Of a DNA stretch of 64,000 nucleotides, positions 19,983 through 30,225 are shown in pieces. The stretch lies in NCBI GenBank assembly GCA_033764955.1, contig JANRIL010000048.1:64001-128000 (forward strand). Direction: 5' to 3'. The DNA is from Cyanobacteriota bacterium (GTDB taxonomy: Bacteria; Cyanobacteriota; Cyanobacteriia; Thermostichales; Thermostichaceae). Below the pieces are notes generated by a model. The model saw nothing but the letters and a program-made list of their open reading frames with translations, made no database searches and was not told where the DNA came from. The position numbers and the translations under genes are program-made. The number at the start of each line of letters is the position of its first letter. Within the stretch, counting starts at the first letter, position 1.

Positions 19983-20930
19983 ATGAATGCCTCCTCCTCC
20001 AGCCTGCCCGTCGGACTCTTCATCAGCCAATTTTTGCGAGAACGGGAACGGGATTTAGCCAAAGCCAGCCGACGCACCTACCAGATGGCCTTGACTCAGT
20101 TTGCCGCCACCTGTGAACTGCCACTGGATCAAATTCAACCTCTGCATATTCAGGCTTTTTTGAATAGTTTGAAAGGACGACCCTTCAAAAACAAAGCGGG
20201 ATCCCTGATTTATCCTCCGGCTTCCCCTGCCACCTACAACCTGAAGCGGCTGGCTCTCCAGCAATTTTTTGAGTGGGCGCAGGCTCGCGGATATTGCCAG
20301 CCTCCCTTGCCCACCCAGGTTATTCGCGCCGCCCGCCTCCCCCCCCGCTTGCCCAAAGATCTGGATCGGCTCTTGCTGCAACGAGTGCTAACCCGCGCCC
20401 AAAGCCATTCACTGCGTTATACCGCCTTGTTGCGGGTCATGTTGGAATGCGGTCTTCGCGCTCAGGAATTATTGGATTTAACAGTGCAGGACTTTCAGCA
20501 ATCTCCCGAAGGATCAACTTTAGATATCCGTTCGGGTAAGGGCAGCAAACCTCGCTCGGTGGCCGTGGGGGATCCCTTAGCCGATCTGCTCCGCGACTAT
20601 CTTCAGCAGGAACGCGGACTCTCTGCCCCTACGGATCCTTTGTTTGTCTCCCAATCTCGCTGCGCCGACTATCAGGGCAAACCCCTCACCTATGACGGGC
20701 TGCGTCACATTGTTTTGAAGCTCACCGAAGCAGAACCTGGGCAGCAAACCCCCCACCAATTCCGCCATAGTTTTGCCACCCTGCTCTTGGATCATGGGGT
20801 TGCCCCTGAGCATATTCAACATCTGCTGGGTCATACCACCGCTGCTATGACCATGCGCTATACGCAACGCGCCAACCTGCGGGCGGCGATTGCCCGTTCC
20901 CGTGAAGTCTTGGATCAAGGACTGATCTAG
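19983..20930 (+). CDS. tyrosine recombinase (XerC/XerD-like)
   Basis: complete catalytic set: GLRAQE, GKGSK, HQFRH, LLGH, TMRY; N-terminal SAM-like region. Confidence 0.9.
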   Translation: MNASSSSLPVGLFISQFLRERERDLAKASRRTYQMALTQFAATCELPLDQIQPLHIQAFLNSLKGRPFKNKAGSLIYPPASPATYNLKRLALQQFFEWAQARGYCQPPLPTQVIRAARLPPRLPKDLDRLLLQRVLTRAQSHSLRYTALLRVMLECGLRAQELLDLTVQDFQQSPEGSTLDIRSGKGSKPRSVAVGDPLADLLRDYLQQERGLSAPTDPLFVSQSRCADYQGKPLTYDGLRHIVLKLTEAEPGQQTPHQFRHSFATLLLDHGVAPEHIQHLLGHTTAAMTMRYTQRANLRAAIARSREVLDQGLI

Positions 20931-20949
20931 GCAAAAAAGGGATCCCTCC

Positions 20950-21768
20950 TCAAAAAATATCTTGGTTGAGCAGTTTGGAGAGCCGCTCCAAGCCCTTCTT
21001 GACCTGGCGAGAGACGGTGACAGCACTGATGCCCATCCGCTCGGCGGTTTCTTTTTGGGTCAGATCATACAAAAAGACAAACTCCAGGATGGTGCGGGTG
21101 CGCTGTTCCATCTTTTCGAGAGCCTGCCGCAGCCGCAACACATCCTCCTGGGCTAGCTGAAAACTGCGATACTGACTGTCGGGTACGAGATCTCCCAGAG
21201 AAACACTATCTTCATCCACCTGAATGGGGGCATCCAGGCTGAGCAGCAGGCTATTTTGTTGAGCCAGTTGCATTTCCCTCCATTCTGCTTCACTCAGATC
21301 GAGAGCCTGACGAACTTCCGCTTCCGAGGGGGGACGACCCAATTCTTGCCGAAGCTGGACAATGGTTTTTTTGACTTGACGGTGCAGAGCCGCCCAACGG
21401 CGCGGGATCCGCATGGTCGGACTCTTATCCCGCAGATAGTGTTGAATCTCCCCACGGATGTAGGGCATGGCGAAGGAGCTAAAGGCCAGCCCGCGGGAAA
21501 TATCGAATCGTTCAATCGCTTGAATCAACCCCAGGCAGCCTATTTGCAGCAAGTCATCATACCCCTCGTTGCATTGATTGCGCCAGTGATGCGCCTCTTT
21601 CCGCACTAACCCCAAATTTAACTCCACCAGGCGGTTGCGTAGGGTCGGAGAGGGCTGCTTCTGGTAAAGCCGCAGTAACTCAGCCGTTTTGGTTTTGATG
21701 TCGGCAGGGGGATCCATCACCTTTCCTGAAAGTGAGTGAGGGTCAAGTTCTCGGTCAGAAGCAAGCAT
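20950..21768 (-). CDS. sigF: group 3 RNA polymerase sigma factor SigF
   Basis: RNRLVELNLGLVRKEAHHW, AFSSFAMPYIRGEIQHYLRDK, SFQLAQED, DLTQKETAE. Confidence 0.93.
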   Translation of the reverse strand: MLASDRELDPHSLSGKVMDPPADIKTKTAELLRLYQKQPSPTLRNRLVELNLGLVRKEAHHWRNQCNEGYDDLLQIGCLGLIQAIERFDISRGLAFSSFAMPYIRGEIQHYLRDKSPTMRIPRRWAALHRQVKKTIVQLRQELGRPPSEAEVRQALDLSEAEWREMQLAQQNSLLLSLDAPIQVDEDSVSLGDLVPDSQYRSFQLAQEDVLRLRQALEKMEQRTRTILEFVFLYDLTQKETAERMGISAVTVSRQVKKGLERLSKLLNQDIF

Positions 21769-22070
21769 AGTCTCTCAACATCAAACCTCGACAGAAGCAA
21801 GGGGCTATTGCTGGTGACCCCACCATCTTGCTTCATCATAAAGTTAGCCCTAGGGGTTTAGGAAGTTAACAAGATCACACCCGATGGGGGCAAGGCTGCC
21901 CCTGCCATCGCTGCCTTTAGTCTGGCGACTCTTTTTCCTGGTGGACAAGCGCATCCCTACGGAAAAATTTCATCTCAACCGCGCCGATTGGGCAAAGAGG
22001 CATCCGTAAAGCTTGGGATCCCTTGCCAGAAGTGGCTAATCTAGAGCAAAGTCTGTCGTCTGGGTTGGCT

Positions 22071-22658
22071 ATGTCCCTGCTGGATCGCTCCTTGTTGATG
22101 GAATCGGAGTTGTTTTATGAAGATGCCCTCTGCTGGTTGGGTCGTCCCCAGGAAGTCTATCGCCTGCTGAGTGAGGCCGTTTTCCCCAGTGTTTCCACCT
22201 GGGTGCGGGGGGATGTGGATAGCCACTCCTTTAATCATTGGCAGCCGGAGGACTTACGGACATTTCTCTATCCGGTGGTGATGCTGGGGGACAACGAAAC
22301 GGCAGTTTTAAGCTGCGAAGCAATGTTGCTCTGTGGCATTGGTAATTATTACAACCCTTGCGATGTGGCGATTGTTGTGTTTGTGCAACAACCAGAGGAG
22401 TTATTCAGTCAACTGATGCAGCGAATTCGGCGAGCCGAATCGACGATTTGCCGTGGACCAGATGTACGGATGTTGTCAGAACAGGTGAATTTAGCCAAGA
22501 AAGGGCAGGACTATATCAATACTAAATATGTGGTCTGGCCCTATGCCCTTTCCAGTGCCGCCCAAGACACCTTGATCAAACAGGGATTATCCATTATCCA
22601 GCTTTCCCCCGCTGATACTTCCCGTCCGTTTGCCTTGACTAGCCCATTTTCCCGCTAA
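22071..22658 (+). CDS. hypothetical protein
   Basis: about 195-aa ORF filling the intergenic gap, divergent from sigF; no motif recognised. Confidence 0.6.
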   Translation: MSLLDRSLLMESELFYEDALCWLGRPQEVYRLLSEAVFPSVSTWVRGDVDSHSFNHWQPEDLRTFLYPVVMLGDNETAVLSCEAMLLCGIGNYYNPCDVAIVVFVQQPEELFSQLMQRIRRAESTICRGPDVRMLSEQVNLAKKGQDYINTKYVVWPYALSSAAQDTLIKQGLSIIQLSPADTSRPFALTSPFSR

Positions 22659-22681
22659 AGCAAGCGGAGGGCTGTTTATGC

Positions 22682-23239
22682 TTAAAGCTGCCAGAGATAA
22701 ATGGGATACGTGTTGATGACATCAGCCACCCCAGTCGTCCGCGTGGGGAGCCAATCTCCCAAATCAAAGGAGTGGGTGACGATTCGACTGCCAGGGCGTA
22801 ATTGGGAGCGCAGTCTCTCCCGTAGGGCAAGTTGAGTTCGGGGTAACAAATAGAGGGTAACCACCGTTGCTACGCTCAGGTCAACCGTCCGCAAATCAGC
22901 CTGCCAAAAACTCACCTGCTCCGCTACCCCTGCCTGCACTGCCTCTGCCTGAGCGATCTCGATCAGCTTGGGATCCCGCTCGATCCCCACGGCCTTGGCT
23001 CCACGGCGGGCGGCGGCGATGACAATCCGACCATCTCCACAACCCAAATCATACAGGCAATCAGCGGCGGAAACCTCCGCCAGATCAAGCATGGCCTCAA
23101 TCACCATTGGCAGGCTACGCACATAGGGAGCAAGGGTTTCTCCCACTAATTCCTGGTTGCTGGGGGCGGCAGCAACGGGATCCCTTCGTCGCTGGGGGGA
23201 CTGCCGTTGCGGGAGATTTTTGCCAAATCCGCGACCCAT
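22682..23239 (-). CDS. class I SAM-dependent methyltransferase
   Basis: APYV, YDLGCGDGRIVI, ATVVTLYL, GSRIVTHSF. Confidence 0.9.
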   Translation of the reverse strand: MGRGFGKNLPQRQSPQRRRDPVAAAPSNQELVGETLAPYVRSLPMVIEAMLDLAEVSAADCLYDLGCGDGRIVIAAARRGAKAVGIERDPKLIEIAQAEAVQAGVAEQVSFWQADLRTVDLSVATVVTLYLLPRTQLALRERLRSQLRPGSRIVTHSFDLGDWLPTRTTGVADVINTYPIYLWQL

Positions 23240-23394
23240 GAGAAGGGATCCTTGCTACAAAATGCTGGCCATTCAATCCAATTTTAAGATCCAATAGTAG
23301 GGGATCGGTTGCTCTCTCTTATTCCTGATGATTAGGCGTAGCCGTAGGCAATGGCTTCCTCTACACTGAAGGGGAGTTATCCCTTGCGTAGCCC

Positions 23395-24039
23395 ATGGTT
23401 CAGGTTTTTCAGCAGGCCTATAGCTATGCGGCTAGCCATTCCGATAGTTTATGGTTAGCCCTCCTTCAGCATCTACAACTGGTGGCTGTGCCTTTAGGGA
23501 TTGGCTTAGGACTTGGCCTGCCTTTGGGGTTATTGAGTGCCCGCTCGCAAGTCGCCTCTGCCCTTTTGATGAATGGGTTTAATACCCTACGGGTGATTCC
23601 CAGCTTAGCGATTTTATTTTTGGCGATCCCTTACTTTGGCCTCACTTTTACCTCCTCCATCCTAGCCTTGACCCTGCTGGTCATACCCCCTATTTTAATT
23701 AGCACCGATGTTGCCTTTCGCACAATTGAACCCGCGATTCGGGAGGCCGCTTTTGGCTTAGGAATGACTTCTCAACAGGTGCTTAGGCAAGTTGAGATTC
23801 CTTTAGCGCTACCCATTGTGATTGCAGGGATTAAAACCGCCACGATTGAAGTGATTGCTAGTGCTACGCTGGCTGCTTTTATTGGGGGAGGAGGACTGGG
23901 AACTTTTATTACCTTGGGGTTTGCCCTTTATGACAATGCCATTCTATTGGTGGGGGCAATTCCTGTAGCAATCTTAGCCATGACTGCGGAAATAGGATTA
24001 TCTGCTCTGCAAAAAGCGGTGCAACCTCCGACAGCTTGA
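23395..24039 (+). CDS. osmoprotectant (glycine betaine/proline) ABC transporter permease
   Basis: IPSLA, EAAFGLGMT EAA loop, ATLAAFIGGGGLG. Confidence 0.88.
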   Translation: MVQVFQQAYSYAASHSDSLWLALLQHLQLVAVPLGIGLGLGLPLGLLSARSQVASALLMNGFNTLRVIPSLAILFLAIPYFGLTFTSSILALTLLVIPPILISTDVAFRTIEPAIREAAFGLGMTSQQVLRQVEIPLALPIVIAGIKTATIEVIASATLAAFIGGGGLGTFITLGFALYDNAILLVGAIPVAILAMTAEIGLSALQKAVQPPTA

Positions 24040-24317
24040 TATATCCCTATCTTGGCTTGAATTGGGGTTGGAACCCGTGGCTGCTCCCTCGGTTGTTACC
24101 AAGGCAGTTGGTTCTCCCATCACAAACAAGATCAAATGATGGTAGTGTCGTAGGGCTAGGGGTTCTCAAGAGGATCCCTATACTTAGCGTTTGAGTGGCT
24201 TGCTAAACTGTCTTGCTAGCCGTGTGGATCCCATTGGGGAGAATACTACTCTCACAAGGGATTTTTGCAAGATGTTGATGGCCAAACCCCCCTGAATATG
24301 AGAGGTTTCAGCAGATC

Positions 24318-25361
24318 ATGAGCACGAAAACCCCCACCCAAAACCCATCCGCTCAGTTGTTGAGCATTGACTTGGGACGTACCTCCACCAAGGCTTGCAT
24401 TAGCCGTCAGCCCGAAGATGTTGTATTGATTCCTGCCAATGTTGCCCACCTCTCTGTGGAAGAAGTTCGGCGGGGGGGATTTGCTTTTCGTCCCTCGGAT
24501 CCGCTACTCGATATTTGGTTGGAATATCAAGGCAAAGGATATGCCATTGGTCAATTAGCCGCCGATTTTGGTGCCAATTTGGGGGTAGGACAATCCAAAG
24601 TTGCCGATGCTCTGATCAAAGTTTTTGCCTGTATTGGCAATTTTGATCTCAAGCAAGATCTGCTGGTGGTGTTAGGGATCCCCTATCTTTCACAAGAACA
24701 GTTTGACAAAGAAAAAGAAGAAATTACTAGCCTATTACAAGGCCCCCATGTGATGGCTTTTCGTGGTCAAGATCGAGCCGTAGCTATCCAACAGGTGTGG
24801 GTGATGCCAGAGGGGTATGGCAGCCTGATTTGGTGTGAAGGACAGAAGAAAGACTATTTCAGCAATTTATCGGTGGCCGTGATTGATATTGGACATCAAA
24901 CCACAGATTTCTTAATGGTGGATCGCTTTCGTTTTGCCAGGGGAATTTCGATGAGTGAATCCTTTGGTATGAATGAATTTTATGTGCAGGTGGCCGAGAA
25001 AATTCCGGGGGCGGATAGTCAGTCCCTTTCCTTAATTGAAGGGGTGAATCGTCCTCAAGGCAAGCGCTTTTATCGTCCACGGGGAGCAACCAAACCGACT
25101 CCTTTGGATGATATCCTGCCGGAGCTGCGCAAAAAATTTGCCCGCGAACTGTCTCAACGACTGTTGGCTTGGCTGCCGGAACGAGCCACCGATGTGATTG
25201 TGACGGGGGGAGGAGGTGAATTCTTTTGGGACGATCTGCGGCCTTTGTTGGAGGAAGCTGCCCTCACCCCGCACTTAGCGGAACACTCCCGCACCGCTAA
25301 CGCCCTGGGGCAATATATCTATGGAGAAGTGCAATTATCATCGGTGGGAAATACCCCCTAA
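24318..25361 (+). CDS. ParM/StbA-family actin-like ATPase
   Basis: SIDLGRTSTK (phosphate 1), VMPEG, VIDIGHQTTD (phosphate 2), VTGGG (adenosine), ANALG. Confidence 0.9.
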   Translation: MSTKTPTQNPSAQLLSIDLGRTSTKACISRQPEDVVLIPANVAHLSVEEVRRGGFAFRPSDPLLDIWLEYQGKGYAIGQLAADFGANLGVGQSKVADALIKVFACIGNFDLKQDLLVVLGIPYLSQEQFDKEKEEITSLLQGPHVMAFRGQDRAVAIQQVWVMPEGYGSLIWCEGQKKDYFSNLSVAVIDIGHQTTDFLMVDRFRFARGISMSESFGMNEFYVQVAEKIPGADSQSLSLIEGVNRPQGKRFYRPRGATKPTPLDDILPELRKKFARELSQRLLAWLPERATDVIVTGGGGEFFWDDLRPLLEEAALTPHLAEHSRTANALGQYIYGEVQLSSVGNTP

Positions 25362-25415
25362 TGGAGGGAGCATGGAGCTATTCGAGCGCAGCCTATTGAG
25401 CCAGGGATAGAAGTT

Positions 25416-25883
25416 ATGGCTACCACCAAAAAAATTACGGTGTCGTTTAGCTCTGCTGATGATCTGGAGTTATTAGAACGGATTGAGTTGCAGGTGGGAT
25501 CCCTATCCTCTGGCAATTTCAGTGAGTTATGCAAACAGGCTTTACGGGCTTTTTTGGCCTCTACTCCTCCAGCCACCTTGCCTGGGGAGGACTCCGCCGT
25601 TGGGAGAGCTGAGAGTGACGCGGTTGTGAATGAAGTTGTTTTGGCGGATCCGGCCATCGCCATCATGCAACAGCAACTCATAGCTCTCGACGAACGCCTG
25701 AGAAGCTTGGAGTCTGGGCAACAACGCCTACCCAAATTAGAAAAAGAACTGAGTAAGCTTGCCCAGGCTGTGCAAGCCCTGCGAGAACCCTCGGTAGAGG
25801 CTCCCCAGCCCACTCCAGCTAAGCCTGACTACAGTCGGGATCCATTGTTATCCCGGTTAGGCCCCCTTTTGGAAAGTTTTTAG
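25416..25883 (+). CDS. ParR-like partner protein
   Basis: directly downstream of the parM-like gene; ribbon-helix-helix-like N-terminus (KKITVSF..FSELCKQAL), coiled coil, amphipathic C-terminus DPLLSRLGPLLESF. Confidence 0.7.
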   Translation: MATTKKITVSFSSADDLELLERIELQVGSLSSGNFSELCKQALRAFLASTPPATLPGEDSAVGRAESDAVVNEVVLADPAIAIMQQQLIALDERLRSLESGQQRLPKLEKELSKLAQAVQALREPSVEAPQPTPAKPDYSRDPLLSRLGPLLESF

Positions 25884-25996
25884 CCTGGGGAATGAAGCTG
25901 ATAGCCACGGGATCCCCCCATCGTGGGGGACACTCTCCCTGAGGTTTCCGGGTATGTTGACAATATAGAAAAAGCATTCTCAGGAACCCATTTTTT

Positions 25997-26299
25997 ATGA
26001 ATTCCAAGCCTCGCTTGTCGGTTCAGCCTGATCAATTTTTGACTGCTCCTGCTTTAGCAAAATCTCATGCTCATCGCTTGGCTTTGGTCTCTGGAAAAGC
26101 TTCGGGATCCCCTATTGGTTCCTTCTCCCTCTCGGTTCAAGCATGGCGGATCGGCTGGCAACAAACTCAGCAATTCTTCCTCAAGCTTTGGCAAAAGCCT
26201 GCCCACCGCTCTCAACGGGAAAAAAATATGATCAAAGGACTGTTGGCACTCGCTGGAGCCGTCCTGATGGTGGATGTTGTTCTAGCCAGTGTCCTATAG
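25997..26299 (+). CDS. hypothetical protein with C-terminal transmembrane helix
   Basis: 100-aa ATG ORF ending in a hydrophobic helix. Confidence 0.5.
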   Translation: MNSKPRLSVQPDQFLTAPALAKSHAHRLALVSGKASGSPIGSFSLSVQAWRIGWQQTQQFFLKLWQKPAHRSQREKNMIKGLLALAGAVLMVDVVLASVL

Positions 26300-26351
26300 A
26301 GCTTTCTAGATGGGTTGATAGCGGTCTGGGTTCGTCCTACAAAACGACTGG

Positions 26352-27611
26352 CTAGCGACCTTTCACCATGTTGGCTCGGCGCACCACCGCATCCAGCGTC
26401 ACCGCCATCAACAAAACCAACCCTTGTACCAGGTTTTTGACCCCTTGATCTTGGTTAAGTAGGGTAAGGCCATTCTCCAGGCTGCCGATCACGAGGGATC
26501 CCAAAATCACCGCCCAAACCGAGCCGCGCCCCCCAAACAGGCTGACCCCGCCGATCACCGCAGCGGCAATGGCATTGAGTAACAGGGTGGGATCAATCTG
26601 GGACGCAACGGCGGTAGCACGGGAGGCGGCTAAAATGCCTCCCACCGCGGCGAGGGTGGAGGCAATGGCAAAGATGGCCAAACGGATCCCCACCACATTG
26701 ATGCCGACTCGACGAGCCGCTTCAGCATTTCCTCCCACAGCATAGATGTGCCGACCAAAACTTGTGCGGGTGGTAATCAGCCAAAACAGGATGATAATGG
26801 CCATCATGATGGCAAAGGAGAGGGGAACTCCCTGATACTGAGCCAGCAGATACAGCAGGGATCCCACCACCACTATTAAGCTTGCCAGTTGAAGAGTCAG
26901 CTCTAGGCGGCTGCGGGTTTTCAGCCCCAAGCTGTCACGACTGAGATGATTGCCAATTAAAGCTGCCGCATACAACCCCACCGCCACCACGGGAAGGCCA
27001 ATGCCATAAATGGGATCCAAAAAGATGCCGGATCCCCCTAGGACACGGATAGTTTCGGCTCGAATAATCAGAGTGGTTTGGGGAGCAAGCACCAATAGCA
27101 CCAATCCGGCATAGGCAATGCTGCCCGCCAAGGTCACAATAAAAGAGGGAACTCGTAGAATCGCAATAAAAAAGCCATTCAACAGACCCATCAGCGTGCC
27201 CGACAAAATGCCCACCCCAATCGCCAAGACAGGTGGCCACGCCAACCGTTCTGATAAAACTGCCATAATCGCGGCACAAGCGCTGGAGACAGCCGCCAGC
27301 GATAAATCAATTTCTCCCAGTAACAAGACCATGACGGCAGCCACGGCCAAAACACCAATCCGCACAATTTGCAGGAGCAGATTCGAGAGATTGCGTGGAT
27401 CCAAAAACACCCCATCCGTAGCAATTTGAAAGTAAATCACAATGGCAATCAGGGTGAGAATAACAGGAATAAACCCTAAATCTAAGCGAATCAAATCTTT
27501 GAAGGTTAGGGGTTTAGCTTCGATAGGAACGGTACCTGCCAACCCCTGGAGAGGAGGAGTAGCAGGGGTAGGAGGAGAAGAGTCGGAAGGGGAAGGAAGC
27601 GTTTCACTCAT
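26352..27611 (-). CDS. sugar (xylose-type) ABC transporter permease
   Basis: GEIDLS, VPSFIVTL, FGRHIYAVGGN, AVIGGVSLFGG. Confidence 0.92.
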   Translation of the reverse strand: MSETLPSPSDSSPPTPATPPLQGLAGTVPIEAKPLTFKDLIRLDLGFIPVILTLIAIVIYFQIATDGVFLDPRNLSNLLLQIVRIGVLAVAAVMVLLLGEIDLSLAAVSSACAAIMAVLSERLAWPPVLAIGVGILSGTLMGLLNGFFIAILRVPSFIVTLAGSIAYAGLVLLVLAPQTTLIIRAETIRVLGGSGIFLDPIYGIGLPVVAVGLYAAALIGNHLSRDSLGLKTRSRLELTLQLASLIVVVGSLLYLLAQYQGVPLSFAIMMAIIILFWLITTRTSFGRHIYAVGGNAEAARRVGINVVGIRLAIFAIASTLAAVGGILAASRATAVASQIDPTLLLNAIAAAVIGGVSLFGGRGSVWAVILGSLVIGSLENGLTLLNQDQGVKNLVQGLVLLMAVTLDAVVRRANMVKGR

Positions 27612-27713
27612 GGCTAAATAAAGTTCTGAAACCCTCAATCACGATAAGAACTAATGCTAAAGATTTGGCAACAACGATCCGTCAATGCCTTGCCTTGGCA
27701 TCGACAAGGGATC

Positions 27714-28523
27714 CTAGGCCGCTACATCCCCCACTTCCGGTTCGGGATCCCCGCCGGAGGCTCCGGTGATGGCCGCCACAATTTGTTCGGAGGTTGTGGT
27801 TTGGATATCAAAAGTGGCAACCCGCCGCCCCAAACGCATCACGGTTACTCGATCCACCACCTCAAACACATCGTGTAAGTTGTGGGAGATCACCACCACT
27901 GCCAATCCCTGCTCTCGCAAGCGTTTGATTAGGTTCAAGACTTGGCGAGTTTGCGCGACCCCAAGGGCGGCTGTCGGTTCATCCAAGAGCACCACCTTAG
28001 GATCCCGTAGGATAGTTTTGGCAACGGCAATCGACTGTCGTTGTCCACCACTGAGAGCAGCCACCGGTAAGCGCACCGAGCGAATTTTTACGTCGAGTTT
28101 TTGCAGCACTTCTAGTGTGCGTCGCTCCATCTCGTTCTCATTGAGTGGTTCTAGCAACCACGGGATCCAGGATCGCTTAGCTTCTCGTCCCAAATAAAGG
28201 TTGGCCACCACATCGAGGTTGTCGCAGAGAGCCAAATCTTGATAGACAGTCTCAATGCCGTGGCGAGTGGCCTCTTGGGGGGTATGAAACGTAACGGGTT
28301 TGCCCTCAATCAGGATTTGACCTTCATCCGGTTGATAGGCTCCCGACATGACCTTAATTAGAGTGGATTTTCCAGCACCATTATCCCCCACCAGACCCAC
28401 CACTTCTCCGCCAGAAACCTCAAAATCGACATTGTTGAGGGCTTGAATGGCTCCAAAGCTTTTGGAGATGCCCCGCAAAGCCAAACGGGGGGGAGGGGAT
28501 CCTTGCGTGATATGACTGACCAT
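27714..28523 (-). CDS. sugar ABC transporter ATP-binding protein
   Basis: GDNGAGKST, VYQDLAL, LSGGQRQ, LLDEPTAALG; start MVSH (28523). Confidence 0.93.
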   Translation of the reverse strand: MVSHITQGSPPPRLALRGISKSFGAIQALNNVDFEVSGGEVVGLVGDNGAGKSTLIKVMSGAYQPDEGQILIEGKPVTFHTPQEATRHGIETVYQDLALCDNLDVVANLYLGREAKRSWIPWLLEPLNENEMERRTLEVLQKLDVKIRSVRLPVAALSGGQRQSIAVAKTILRDPKVVLLDEPTAALGVAQTRQVLNLIKRLREQGLAVVVISHNLHDVFEVVDRVTVMRLGRRVATFDIQTTTSEQIVAAITGASGGDPEPEVGDVAA

Positions 28524-28669
28524 AGCCGTGTGATGACCTACCTTGTGTTGCGCTTTTTTGGGAGCTTTGGCTAAGAGATCCCCAGCCCAGGGCTGACGAG
28601 ACTGAACCAGTCGATCCCAGCCCAGTTTGCGTGAGTCGGGATCCCTCAAGCCAGTTCTGGGCAGCACCC

Positions 28670-29776
28670 TTATGGGCACAACCCCGCCGTACCGGAGGGC
28701 AAGCCTTTGCAGACCTCCTCCAGACTGACAAATCCGTCCTTAATCACCGTATCGGCCACATTATCCTTGGTGACGGTAACAGGAGAGAGGAGTAGCGAGG
28801 GGATTTCGACTCCATTGCGGTTTTTCACCCTGGTGGTGGCAATTTTACTGGTATCTTCTCCCTTGACCAGAGCGACCACCAGATCAACCGTAGCCTGGGC
28901 TTCGGCTGGGATCGGCTTGTAAACCGTCATGCCTTGATCGCCGGTCAAAATATTTTGGATGCCAGCCACCGTAGCGTCTTGCCCTGTCACCAAGACCTTG
29001 CCATTCAATTGCTGGGCACGCAATGCCGCAATCACACTATTGGCCATTCCATCATTAGCCACATAGGCAATCTGCACGTCATTTTTCTCTTTGGTGAGGG
29101 CACCCTCCATATTGGCTTGGGCTGTGGCATTGTTCCAGTCGGGGGTGTATTGGTCATAGACAATATCGATTTCCCCCTGATCGGCAAGGGGTTGTAGCTT
29201 GCTGATGGCTCCTTCGCGGAAAAGAATGGCGTTGTTATCGGTTTGGGATCCGTTGATCATCACCAGCTTGTCACCTTTTTGATAGTTGCTGGCAATCCAC
29301 TCCCCTTGCAACTCACCCACCTTGAAATTGTCAAACGAGACATAAAAAGCCAGATCATCTGACTGAATCAGACGGTCATAGGAGATCACGGGTACACCAC
29401 TGGCTTTGGCCTGGGAGACGATGGCTCCCGCCGCATCGGAATCTTTTGGATCCAAGATCATGATGCAGGCTCCCTTCGCCAGAGCCGCTTCTGCTTGATT
29501 TTGTTGGGTGGCGGCATTGTTGTTGGCATTGGCATAGGAAATGGTGACCTCAGGTAAAGCCGCCTTTAGTCCTGCTTCTAGCAAGGGACGGTCATAGGCT
29601 TCATAACGCGCTGAGGAATCACTTTCTGGCAACAAAATGGCAATGTTATTACAGCCTTTTGCTTTTTCAAATCCATCCAGGGTTTGACTGTAAGCCTGTG
29701 TCATCCAGCCCATCCCTATTGACATACAGGCTAGCCCGCTCATCGAAAGCAATTGCCCTACTTTTTTCACGAACAT
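28670..29776 (-). CDS. sugar ABC transporter substrate-binding protein (XylF/ChvE-like)
   Basis: signal peptide, ISYDRLI, YVSFDN, ANDGMA, TGQDA, TVYKP. Confidence 0.9.
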   Translation of the reverse strand: MFVKKVGQLLSMSGLACMSIGMGWMTQAYSQTLDGFEKAKGCNNIAILLPESDSSARYEAYDRPLLEAGLKAALPEVTISYANANNNAATQQNQAEAALAKGACIMILDPKDSDAAGAIVSQAKASGVPVISYDRLIQSDDLAFYVSFDNFKVGELQGEWIASNYQKGDKLVMINGSQTDNNAILFREGAISKLQPLADQGEIDIVYDQYTPDWNNATAQANMEGALTKEKNDVQIAYVANDGMANSVIAALRAQQLNGKVLVTGQDATVAGIQNILTGDQGMTVYKPIPAEAQATVDLVVALVKGEDTSKIATTRVKNRNGVEIPSLLLSPVTVTKDNVADTVIKDGFVSLEEVCKGLPSGTAGLCP

Positions 29777-30116
29777 TTCTGTTCTTCCTTAAAACAAAGA
29801 ATCCAACTCAACAAAAATAACAAATTGGGATCCCTTTACCCAATAAGCATTCTCAGAGTTATGTGGAAAAATTTATAGCAAAAAACAAAACTATAAGCCA
29901 ACCAGATAAAAACCCAGATCAAGCAAACAAAAGTTAAACGCCCAAGGAGGGACATCTAAATATCTTCATAAAGAATTCTAAACATTTTTGGTTACCACTT
30001 ATTTTTTATTCTAAGAGAATTTGATGTCCAAAATTACCAAATATTTACGTAAGTGTAGATAACCGACTACAGCTATCCCCCTACATCCCTGATATGACCA
30101 ATCCCCAGCCACCAAC

Positions 30117-30150
30117 GCAAAAGGCGTAGGGATCCCTGTCCTTACGCCTT
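30117..30150 (-). terminator. intrinsic terminator after tal
   Basis: 12-bp stem AAGGCGTAGGGA / TCCTTACGCCTT (1 mismatch) followed by Ts on the minus strand. Confidence 0.6.
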
Positions 30151-30225
30151 ACTTAACGATTCTGGTGATGCTCAGACCCTCCTGAGCAGGAGCAACGGGG
30201 TCAGGGTTCTAGCCTGTTAGTGGGC

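Noticed and set aside
19983..20930. Tyrosine recombinase as the integron integrase for the attC-like sites
   Set aside because: It lacks the IntI-specific insertion between the catalytic Lys region and HxxR, and lies about 28 kb away; it looks Xer-like
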